DNA of 64,000 nucleotides from an uncultured Ignavibacteria bacterium (GTDB lineage Bacteria > Zixibacteria > MSB-5A5 > JAABVY01). Numbering within the stretch: the stretch's first letter is position 1; each line of letters begins with the position of its first letter. Below, piece after piece: positions 42,615 through 52,304 of the stretch. Location of the stretch: contig CAZVLB010000017.1 in the NCBI GenBank assembly GCA_964627935.1, positions 6,853 through 70,852 of the forward strand. The letters are read 5' to 3'. The notes beneath the pieces were generated by a model. The model was not told where the DNA came from, did not search any database, and worked only from the letters and a program-made list of their open reading frames with translations. A program made the position numbers and the translations under genes.

Positions 42615-42632
42615 ACTGCTTATAATAACGGA

Positions 42633-42908
42633 TTGTATAGTAAAGACGTAAAAATATCCAATAAATACGGCCTTCATGCACGGCCTTCAGCCCAGCTCGT
42701 AAAAACCGCCGCCTTTTTCAAGTCGGATATTTATCTTGAAAAAGACGGACTCAAGGTTAACGGTAAATCCATAATGGGCGTGATGATGCTTGCTGCCGAA
42801 TATGGCTCGACTGTCTTGATCTCAGCCGAGGGCCCGGATGAACAAGAGGCCGTGGAAGCAATCCACAAACTTTTAAGCAGCGACTTTAAAGAAGCATACG
42901 ATGAGTAA
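42633..42908 (+). CDS. ptsH: Phosphocarrier protein HPr
   Basis: GLHARP (His15) and KSIMGVM (Ser46). Confidence 0.95.
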   Translation: MYSKDVKISNKYGLHARPSAQLVKTAAFFKSDIYLEKDGLKVNGKSIMGVMMLAAEYGSTVLISAEGPDEQEAVEAIHKLLSSDFKEAYDE

Positions 42909-44685
42909 AAAGGCGCTGGACAGAGATGAACTCAGGGGCATCGCGGTTTCGCCCGGAATCGCCTGTGGTGAAGCATACCTGCATATTTCCGGCTTTCCCG
43001 AATATAAGGAAGAACTGATTTCCAGAGACAGGATTTATGCCGAACTGAAAAAGGTCGACCGGGCATTTGAGCACACTCTCAATGACATGGAACGGATCAA
43101 GTCCCAGGCCTCGCATTCGGACGACCTTGATCTGAATGGCGTGCTCGATGCCCAGATATTGATTGTCAACGATATCGAGTTCAAAAATCAGATCAAAGAG
43201 CTGGTATCATCCTCGCTTTATTCGGCCATCTATGCTTTCACCTCGGCCGTGAATGACAATATCGAGCTGCTTTCGCGCTCCAATGATCCGTATATGCGCG
43301 AGATGGTTGCCGATATCGAGACGGTCTCCAATCATATATTAAAATATCTTCTGGGCGAGCGACATAAACAGCTGGCCGGATTTGAAGACCCGGCAATTCT
43401 TTTCGCATCCTATTTCAATCCGGGTGAAATCCTCGAGATGCCCAAGCTCAATGTGGCCGGTTTTGTGGCCGAACGGGGAGGGCTGACCTCGCATATGGGG
43501 CTGTTTGCCAAATCCCTGGGCATCCCGGCGGTAATTGGAGTAAGGGCTGATTTAAAGCAGATTCCGACAGGATCGCGAATAGTCGTGGATGGCACTCAAG
43601 GGCTGGTAGTTATCAATCCGCCTGATAATGAATGGAAAAACTTCCAGAGGCAGGCCGAGGAACATTCCAGGAACCGTTTCCGACGTTTCGAGTTTATCAG
43701 CGAATTGCCATCGTCCACAACAGATTCTCATCGGGTTGAGGTTATGGCCAATCTGGATCTGCCGACTTCGCTGGATGAGGTCCTGGCTCATGAACATCTG
43801 GGAATCGGCCTTTACCGTACTGAGTTTCTGTATCTGAGACATACCAATTTCCCGACCGAGCAGGAACAGGCGCGCATATATAAGGAGATTGCCCACAAAT
43901 TCGCACCCCAGCCGGTGATATTGCGCACATTTGACCTGGGTGGCGATAAGCTGACCGATTATTTCAAGTCAGATTTTGAGGATAATCCGGCTCTGGGATG
44001 GCGCGCAATTCGGTTTTCACTCGATGTTCCGCGAATTTTTGAGGATCAGATCAAGGGTATGCTGCGTGCCTCGGACAAGAAAAATGTACAGATAATGCTG
44101 CCGTTGATTACAAAGCTGGATGAGGTTCGTGATGCCAAAGCAATTATCAAGGATGTTATAAAGGAATTCAAAAAGAAAAAAGTCAGGTTCGACCAGAATA
44201 TAAAGATCGGCATCATGATCGAAACTCCCGCCGCTGTGCACCTGGCCGATTTGCTGGCCAAAGAAGTCGATTTCTTCTCGATCGGTACCAATGATCTGAC
44301 GCAGTACAGCCTGGCGGTTGACCGCACCAACCTTCGTGTGGCCAAGCATTTCCAGATTTATCATCCTGCCGTATTGCTTTCTGTCAAAAAGACTGTCGAA
44401 GCGGCCCATAAAGCCGGCATACCATGCGGGATGTGCGGCGAGCTGGCCGGGGATCCTATGGCCACCAAGCTTCTGGTTGGACTGGGTCTGGATACACTTT
44501 CGATGAACCCATCATCGATTCCCACGGTTAAGAATATACTTCCGCATATTAACTTCGAGGAAGCGCTGGAGTTTGCATCGGAGGTGCTAAAACTCGCTAC
44601 GCATGGCGAAATCAAGGAGTTTCTTGCGGAAGATTATAAGAAGAGCTTTTCGCAGATTTCAGTATTAAGAACAGGGAGAGTTTAG
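42901..44685 (+). CDS. ptsI: PTS enzyme I (PEP-protein phosphotransferase)
   Basis: GGLTSH, GLYRTEF, RTFDLGGDK, SIGTNDL, CGMCGE. Confidence 0.95.
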   Translation: MSKKALDRDELRGIAVSPGIACGEAYLHISGFPEYKEELISRDRIYAELKKVDRAFEHTLNDMERIKSQASHSDDLDLNGVLDAQILIVNDIEFKNQIKELVSSSLYSAIYAFTSAVNDNIELLSRSNDPYMREMVADIETVSNHILKYLLGERHKQLAGFEDPAILFASYFNPGEILEMPKLNVAGFVAERGGLTSHMGLFAKSLGIPAVIGVRADLKQIPTGSRIVVDGTQGLVVINPPDNEWKNFQRQAEEHSRNRFRRFEFISELPSSTTDSHRVEVMANLDLPTSLDEVLAHEHLGIGLYRTEFLYLRHTNFPTEQEQARIYKEIAHKFAPQPVILRTFDLGGDKLTDYFKSDFEDNPALGWRAIRFSLDVPRIFEDQIKGMLRASDKKNVQIMLPLITKLDEVRDAKAIIKDVIKEFKKKKVRFDQNIKIGIMIETPAAVHLADLLAKEVDFFSIGTNDLTQYSLAVDRTNLRVAKHFQIYHPAVLLSVKKTVEAAHKAGIPCGMCGELAGDPMATKLLVGLGLDTLSMNPSSIPTVKNILPHINFEEALEFASEVLKLATHGEIKEFLAEDYKKSFSQISVLRTGRV

Positions 44686-44687
44686 AA

Positions 44688-45743
44688 ATGGCTGATTTTA
44701 TAAACTTGAGAAGTGAGTATGACTCGCAGGGGATGTACGACAAGATCGTGGAATTTCCCGATCAGTTTGAGGAAGGCTATAAGATTGGCAAAGAGGCCGA
44801 CCTGCCTGATATAAATCCGGATTCAATCGATAGCATTATTGTCTGCGGACTGGGCGGATCAGCCATCGGCGGCGATCTGGTTCGATCCTATCTGACCTAC
44901 AAAATCAAGGTCCCGTTTCATATCATCAGGCATTACAATCTCCCAAAATTCGTCAATAAAAAATCGCTTTGCATAATTTCTAGCTATTCCGGAAATACCG
45001 AGGAAACATTGTCGGCCTACGATGAAGCCAGGCAGGCCGGGGCAGAGATATTTGCAATTACCTCGAATGGCAAGTTGAAGGAGAAGGCCGAGCAGGACGG
45101 TTTCAAGGCGGTCAGTATTCCCGGGGGCTTCCCGCCACGTGCGGCACTGGGATATTCCTTTGTGCCCATGCTGATGATCCTCTCCCGTCTGGGATTTTTC
45201 GAGGATATCAGCAGGCAGGTCGAGGAAACTGTTAAATTCCTGAGCAAAAATGTAGTGCAGTACCAGATCGACAAGGAAGATAATCCTGCCATGAAAGCGT
45301 CCGAGAATTTGTACGGCAGGCTGGCCCTGATATATGCCGGACAGGATCACTTCGATGCCGTGGCGGTCAGGTTTAAGGGGCAGATTTGCGAGAATGCCAA
45401 GGTACCGGCGTTTTTTAATTTCTTCCCCGAATTCAATCATAATGAGCTGGTTGGATGGGGCCTGGTCGAGGATTTCAAGGACAAGCTGCTGACTTTTATC
45501 ATCCGCGATGAGGGAGATCACGACCGTGTTTCGGTGCGCATGAATATCGTCAGGCGCATAATTGAGGATAAGGATGTGCCGGTTATCGAGGTCAAATCGA
45601 GCGGCCCGAATCTTCTGGCGCGCATGTTTTCGGTTATTCAGTATGGTGATTTTGTCAGTTTGTACCTGGCTTTATTGAACAAGATAGACCCGACTCCCGT
45701 CGAAGTAATAGACTTTTTGAAAAGCGAATTAGATAAGCTTTAA
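44688..45743 (+). CDS. Bifunctional phosphoglucose/phosphomannose isomerase (SIS)
   Basis: GLGGSAIGG, SYSGNTEET, ENAK, PEFNHNE. Confidence 0.9.
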   Translation: MADFINLRSEYDSQGMYDKIVEFPDQFEEGYKIGKEADLPDINPDSIDSIIVCGLGGSAIGGDLVRSYLTYKIKVPFHIIRHYNLPKFVNKKSLCIISSYSGNTEETLSAYDEARQAGAEIFAITSNGKLKEKAEQDGFKAVSIPGGFPPRAALGYSFVPMLMILSRLGFFEDISRQVEETVKFLSKNVVQYQIDKEDNPAMKASENLYGRLALIYAGQDHFDAVAVRFKGQICENAKVPAFFNFFPEFNHNELVGWGLVEDFKDKLLTFIIRDEGDHDRVSVRMNIVRRIIEDKDVPVIEVKSSGPNLLARMFSVIQYGDFVSLYLALLNKIDPTPVEVIDFLKSELDKL

Positions 45744-46594
45744 TGAAAAAACTCCTCTACGCATTTGTCATCACGCTGCTCATAGCCGGAGAGAGCCTGG
45801 GCGCTGAAAGTGTCAGCTGGTTCCGGGCCGACAGGGTCAATACCCTGATCCTCTTGATAGTCTTTACCATAATCCTGCTCATATATATTCGCCTGGCCAA
45901 AAAGGGCCGTCCGCTTTTCATCCGCAAGCTTTCCGGGCTGGATGCTATGGATGAGGCGGTTGGACGTGCCACCGAAATGGGCAAACCGGTGCTTTTCATG
46001 CCGGGCATTCAGGAGGTCTCCGAAATTCAGACAATTGCGGGGCTTTCGATTCTGGGCGAGGTGGCGGCCTATACAGCAGAATACGAGACGCCGCTTCTGG
46101 TTACAGTCCAATATCCAATCGTAATGGCTGCGGCGCAGGAGATTGTCAAGGATTCTTATGTCAACGCCGGCAAGAAGGAGCTTTATTCCGATTCGATGGT
46201 GCAGTATGTGGCCGGGTCGCAGTTTGCTCTGGCGGCGGCGGTCAATGGTATTATGCTGCGAATAAAGCCCGCCGCCAATATATTTATGGGCGCCTTCTAT
46301 GCTGAATCCCTGCTTCTGGCCGAAACCGGTAATCTGACCGGTGCAATTCAGATAGCAGGCACGGCCAACCCGGAACAGTTGCCGTTTTTTATTGCCGCCT
46401 GTGATTACACGCTGATGGGAGAGGAGCTTTATGCCGCCAGCGCATACCTTTCCAAGGAACCGATGATGCTGGGATCGATCAAGGGGCAGGATTTTATGAA
46501 GGTGATCCTGGTTGTTCTGATCCTGGCTGCAATAGTTTTGCTGATGTTCAGCTGGAAGGGGCTGTTTATCTTAAGGCTCCTGGAGACCAGCTGA
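45743..46594 (+). CDS. Uncharacterised membrane protein (DUF6754-like)
   Basis: TM, IRKLSGLDAMDEAVGRATEMGKP, G.FYAESL, QLPFF, GEELYAASAYL; family assignment from memory. Confidence 0.7.
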   Translation: MKKLLYAFVITLLIAGESLGAESVSWFRADRVNTLILLIVFTIILLIYIRLAKKGRPLFIRKLSGLDAMDEAVGRATEMGKPVLFMPGIQEVSEIQTIAGLSILGEVAAYTAEYETPLLVTVQYPIVMAAAQEIVKDSYVNAGKKELYSDSMVQYVAGSQFALAAAVNGIMLRIKPAANIFMGAFYAESLLLAETGNLTGAIQIAGTANPEQLPFFIAACDYTLMGEELYAASAYLSKEPMMLGSIKGQDFMKVILVVLILAAIVLLMFSWKGLFILRLLETS

Positions 46595-46595
46595 T

Positions 46596-47231
46596 ATGCA
46601 GAATTTCGTCCGCAAACAGCTTCCTATGCTGATCGGCTTCACGGCCGGCATGATAATTATCGTGGCCTTTTTCTCCGGTCATCCAAGCATCACCTCTTTC
46701 CGTTCCAGCATGCAGGTATGGGTCTCGATTGTGGGCGGATTCACGTTGCTCCTGGGAGTTGTTTCGATAACATCCATCAATTACAATCGCGTGCGCAACC
46801 TGGAAAAAGACTGGATTTTCAAGCTTATACTTCTTATCAGCCTGGCTGTATCCGGCGGTTTCGGGATTTTTCAGGGTACCGAAAAAGGCACGGTCTATGA
46901 CTGGCTGTTTCAGAATATGGCCTCGCCGATGATGTCATCCATGTTTGCCCTGCTGGCATTTTTTATTGCCTCAGCCGCTTACCGGGCTTTCCGTGCCCGC
47001 ACAATCGAGGCGACAATTCTATTGTTTGTGGCGGTAATTGTGATGCTGGGACGGATACCGTTGGGTGAGGTAATCTATTCGCGCATGCCCTCGATAACCG
47101 AGTGGATCATGAATTATCCCAATCTGGCTGTGCAGAGGGGGATCATTATTGGCGCCGCATTGGGTGCCGCCAGCATGTCGATTCGAATTATCCTCGGTAT
47201 TGAGAGAACCTATATGGGGAAGGGCAAATGA
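46596..47231 (+). CDS. Uncharacterised polytopic membrane protein
   Basis: ~6 TMs, FALLAFFIASAAYRAFRAR, RGIIIG..LG......RIILG.E. Confidence 0.75.
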   Translation: MQNFVRKQLPMLIGFTAGMIIIVAFFSGHPSITSFRSSMQVWVSIVGGFTLLLGVVSITSINYNRVRNLEKDWIFKLILLISLAVSGGFGIFQGTEKGTVYDWLFQNMASPMMSSMFALLAFFIASAAYRAFRARTIEATILLFVAVIVMLGRIPLGEVIYSRMPSITEWIMNYPNLAVQRGIIIGAALGAASMSIRIILGIERTYMGKGK

Positions 47232-48079
47232 ACAGGCAAAGGATTGCTGATATGCTCTCATCGATTGACCGCAGGATTGTTTACCTGGCGGTCTTTGCAG
47301 CTGTTATTCTGCCCTTTATACTGCCGATCCCATTGCCGATTTATATTAGCAAAGAGAGCCGTGAACTGTATGAATGGGTTGAGAATATCCCGAATGGCAG
47401 CACTATCATTCTGACATTTGACTATTACCCATCGACCATTGCCGAGGTCGAGCCGATGTCACGCGCGGCAATCAAACATTGCTGGAGCAAGGATATAAAG
47501 CTTGTTTCCATGTCCACCGTACCATTGGGCGGACCCAGTATTACAGCCAGGGTGCTGGATGAAATGGCCACCGGCTGGGCGGTGGAGGAACTCGGCCGCG
47601 AGATGAAATATGGTGTTGATTATATCAATCTTGGATACAAGCCGGATTACAAGGCCGTGATCCTCGGTATGGGCGAAAATTTCCGAAAAATTTATCCGAC
47701 AGATTTCCGTGGCGTGTCATTGGATGACTATGAAATCATGCGGGATGTTAATTCCTATGATGATGTAGAGTTTCTTTTCATTGTATCTGATAACGGCATA
47801 GTTGATGAATGGGTGACGATCGCCAACCGCCAGTTCGGACTGCCATTGGGAGCAGGGGTTACCGCAGTTATGGCGCCCAAATTTTACTCATACTTGCAGA
47901 GCAATCAGATGGTGGGCCTGCTGGGTGGGATGAAAGGCGGGGCTGAGTATGAGAAACTGATCGACCGGGAAGGCATGTCGACCGTTTTCATGGGCCCGCA
48001 ATCCTCGGTCCACATGATTATTATCATATTCATCCTGATCGGCAACACCGCCTATTTCCTGGGAGGCCGCAAGAAATGA
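47228..48079 (+). CDS. Uncharacterised membrane protein with extracytoplasmic alpha/beta domain
   Basis: N- and C-terminal TMs, DYYP...E, YGVDYINLGY, GLLGGMKGGAEYE. Confidence 0.75.
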   Translation: MNRQRIADMLSSIDRRIVYLAVFAAVILPFILPIPLPIYISKESRELYEWVENIPNGSTIILTFDYYPSTIAEVEPMSRAAIKHCWSKDIKLVSMSTVPLGGPSITARVLDEMATGWAVEELGREMKYGVDYINLGYKPDYKAVILGMGENFRKIYPTDFRGVSLDDYEIMRDVNSYDDVEFLFIVSDNGIVDEWVTIANRQFGLPLGAGVTAVMAPKFYSYLQSNQMVGLLGGMKGGAEYEKLIDREGMSTVFMGPQSSVHMIIIIFILIGNTAYFLGGRKK

Positions 48080-48720
48080 GCGAGTCGGTGGTAGCCTTTC
48101 TGGAGATGTCGGTGGCCGGATTTTTGATCCTGTGCATCTTCTCCTTTTTATATAAAGACAATCCATTTTATCGTCTGGCTGAGCATATATTTGCCGGACT
48201 CACGGCAGGCTATTATGTGGGGCTGATCTGGCAGCAGGTGATTGTCCAGCAGTTGTGGATCCCGATGACCCAGGAGAATAAACTGGAGCTTGTGGTCCCG
48301 GCTCTTCTGGGTATTATGATGTTTACGCGCCTGTTTGACCGCTTTTCGTATATTTCGCGTATCTCATTGGCATTTGTGATGGGCAATACGGCAGGAATAT
48401 TTCTGATCCAGCAGCTTCATGGGCTGGTTTTGCCGCAGACCCAGGCCACGATAATCAGCCCATTGGCCGGTGACTGGCTGTTTGGTCTTATCCCCGGCGG
48501 ACTGGTAATTATTGTAGGCGTAATCACCACACTGATTTATTTTTACTTCTCCAAAGAGCACAAGGGTTTGATGGGTTACTCGGCTCGCGTGGGCATGGTT
48601 ATTATCATGATCTCCTTTGGGGCGCATTTTGGGTATACGGTCATGGCCCGTATTTCTCTCCTGATCGGGCAGGTAAAATTTTTGACTGTCGACTGGCTGC
48701 GTATATTCACCTTAAATTAG
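48076..48720 (+). CDS. Uncharacterised polytopic membrane protein
   Basis: FSFLYKDNPFYRLAEHIFAG, YFYFS, FGA.FG.TVMAR; ~6 TMs. Confidence 0.75.
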   Translation: MSESVVAFLEMSVAGFLILCIFSFLYKDNPFYRLAEHIFAGLTAGYYVGLIWQQVIVQQLWIPMTQENKLELVVPALLGIMMFTRLFDRFSYISRISLAFVMGNTAGIFLIQQLHGLVLPQTQATIISPLAGDWLFGLIPGGLVIIVGVITTLIYFYFSKEHKGLMGYSARVGMVIIMISFGAHFGYTVMARISLLIGQVKFLTVDWLRIFTLN

Positions 48721-48789
48721 TTGCTTTTTCGCCTCATTCTTTTTTTATTACCGGATTTACTGAAATGATAGTTGAAATCAGGGAGAGAT

Positions 48790-49764
48790 ATGAAGATTAT
48801 AATACCAGTTGCCGGGATTGGCACAAGACTGAGACCGCACACTCATACCGCTCCCAAGGCGCTTTTGTACGTTGCCGGTAAACCGCTATTGGGGCATATA
48901 CTCGATTCAATCAAAGACCTGGATTTCGACGAAATCATCTTCATTGTCGGATTCCTGGGTGACAAAATTGTCGAATATGTGAATGAAAATTATGATTTCA
49001 AGACACGCTTCGTTAATCAGGAAGAGCTTCTGGGGCTGGGATATGCGATCAATATGGGTATTGACAAGGATGAAACCGACGAGCTTTTGATTCTTTTGGG
49101 TGATACAATTATAGAAACCAACTGGCAGGATTTTATCGGTAAGGGCCAGAATCTTCTGGGTGTCAAGCCGGTTGATGATCCGCGCAGGTTCGGTGTGGCC
49201 GAGGTGGATGGTACACGGATTCTAAAGCTGTGGGAGAAGCCGGAGGAACCGCCCTCCAACCTGGCCCTGGTCGGGGTATATTATATCAAGGATACGCAGT
49301 TACTGAAAAGCGCCCTGGAAGAGGTGATCGAATCGGATATCAGGACCAAAAATGAATACCAGGTCACCGATGCATTCCAGGTCATGCTGGATAAAGGCGC
49401 CGAGATTCATACGCATAAAATCGATGGCTGGTATGATTGCGGCAAGTCGGAGACGCTTCTGGCAACCAACCGTCATCTGCTGGATAGATGCAAGACCTGT
49501 GAATATAAAATCGAAGGAACAGTGATAATACCGCCGGTGTTTATCGATGACACAGCTAAGATTTCAAATTCTATTATCGGTCCATATGCCTCGATCGCCG
49601 AGAAAACTGTTGTGGAGAACTCGATTATCACCAATTCAATTATTGCTTATAAATCCAGGGTCAAAAACGGCATGTTGAAGGATTCCCTGGTGGGTCATCA
49701 GGCGGTCGTACGCGGTCATCTGCGCACATTAAACGTGGGCGACTCATCCGAAATAGATTACTGA
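48790..49764 (+). CDS. Sugar-phosphate nucleotidyltransferase (long glucose-1-phosphate thymidylyltransferase-like) with LbH tail
   Basis: AGIGTRLRP..K, LGD, FGVA, EKP, WYDCG, C-terminal hexapeptide repeats. Confidence 0.88.
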   Translation: MKIIIPVAGIGTRLRPHTHTAPKALLYVAGKPLLGHILDSIKDLDFDEIIFIVGFLGDKIVEYVNENYDFKTRFVNQEELLGLGYAINMGIDKDETDELLILLGDTIIETNWQDFIGKGQNLLGVKPVDDPRRFGVAEVDGTRILKLWEKPEEPPSNLALVGVYYIKDTQLLKSALEEVIESDIRTKNEYQVTDAFQVMLDKGAEIHTHKIDGWYDCGKSETLLATNRHLLDRCKTCEYKIEGTVIIPPVFIDDTAKISNSIIGPYASIAEKTVVENSIITNSIIAYKSRVKNGMLKDSLVGHQAVVRGHLRTLNVGDSSEIDY

Positions 49765-49821
49765 CATAGAGAATACCATAGTAAACCGAAGGAATTTGTT
49801 GAGGATAGAAAAGGAGATTCG

Positions 49822-50985
49822 ATGGAGGAGAAAAGATACCTGTTTTCATCGGAATCTGTAACCGAGGGCCATCCGGATAAAATCTGCGACCAGATTTCGG
49901 ATGCGGTGCTGGATGATGTCCTTATACAGGACCGAAACGGCCGGGTGGCCTGCGAAACATTTGTGACAGTCGGCCTGGTGCTGGTTGGCGGCGAAATTAC
50001 CACCACCGGTTATGTCGATCTGCCCAAACTGGTTCGCGCGGTTATCAAGGATATCGGCTATACCAATCCGGACTTCGGATTTCATTACAATACAGTAGCG
50101 TTATTGAATGCCATCGGGCATCAGTCCCCCGATATCGCTCAGGGCGTGGATACCGGCGGCGCAGGCGACCAGGGGTTGATGACTGGCTATGCATCCAATG
50201 AAACCCCCGAATACATGCCCATGCCGATTATGCTCTCGCATAAGCTGGCCAAACGTATGTCCGAGGTGCGTAAGTCGGGCGAGCTGGATTACCTGGGGCC
50301 GGATGGTAAGACGCAGATTTCTGTTGAATATGTCAACGGCAAGCCGGAGCGAATCGATACGATCGTGATCGCCTGCCAGCATACCAATAAAGTTCTTGAT
50401 TATGTCGGTTCCGAGATTACCCAGCAGGCTCGTGAGGAGATGATCGAGCATTTCATTAAGCCCGTGATTCCTGCAGAACTTATCGATGATAAAACGAAAT
50501 ATTTTGTCAATCAAACCGGTAAATTCATCATCGGCGGCCCGCAATCCGATACCGGCATGACCGGCCGTAAGATTATAGTCGACACATATGGCGGTATGGC
50601 AACCCATGGTGGCGGAGCTTTCTCGGGCAAGGATCCTACGAAAGTCGACCGTTCAGCAGCTTACATGGCCCGCTATGTCGCCAAGAATATAGTAGCCGCC
50701 GAACTTGCCGAAAAGTGCACAATTCAGCTGGCCTATGTGATCGGTAGAGCGGACCCGGTTTCGATCAATATCTTCCCCGATCCGGAGCCCAAAATCCCGA
50801 TTCCGCGTATCGAGGAGCTTGTACGCAAACACTTCCAGCTAACCCCGCGGGGAATGATAGAACAGCTTGACTTATTGAGACCGATTTACCGCAAAACATC
50901 GACATACGGACATTTTGGAAGAACCGAACCGGAATTCACCTGGGAACGCACAGATGTGGCCAAGGACCTGGCCCGCGATGCATAG
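49822..50985 (+). CDS. metK: S-adenosylmethionine synthetase
   Basis: [36 protein letters not shown]. Confidence 0.97.
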   Translation: MEEKRYLFSSESVTEGHPDKICDQISDAVLDDVLIQDRNGRVACETFVTVGLVLVGGEITTTGYVDLPKLVRAVIKDIGYTNPDFGFHYNTVALLNAIGHQSPDIAQGVDTGGAGDQGLMTGYASNETPEYMPMPIMLSHKLAKRMSEVRKSGELDYLGPDGKTQISVEYVNGKPERIDTIVIACQHTNKVLDYVGSEITQQAREEMIEHFIKPVIPAELIDDKTKYFVNQTGKFIIGGPQSDTGMTGRKIIVDTYGGMATHGGGAFSGKDPTKVDRSAAYMARYVAKNIVAAELAEKCTIQLAYVIGRADPVSINIFPDPEPKIPIPRIEELVRKHFQLTPRGMIEQLDLLRPIYRKTSTYGHFGRTEPEFTWERTDVAKDLARDA

Positions 50986-52254
<1,269 letters not shown>

Positions 52255-52276
52255 AAAACTATTATAAATTGAATAC

Positions 52277-52304
52277 AGGCCGCTTCTTCGGGGGCGGCTT
52301 TTTT
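52277..52304 (+). terminator. Intrinsic terminator after ahcY
   Basis: AGGCCGCTTC-TTCG-GGGGCGGCTT stem with UUCG loop followed by T run. Confidence 0.75.

Noticed and set aside
49765-49821. SAM riboswitch before metK-ahcY
   Set aside because: 57-nt spacer without recognisable SAM-I/II core motifs.
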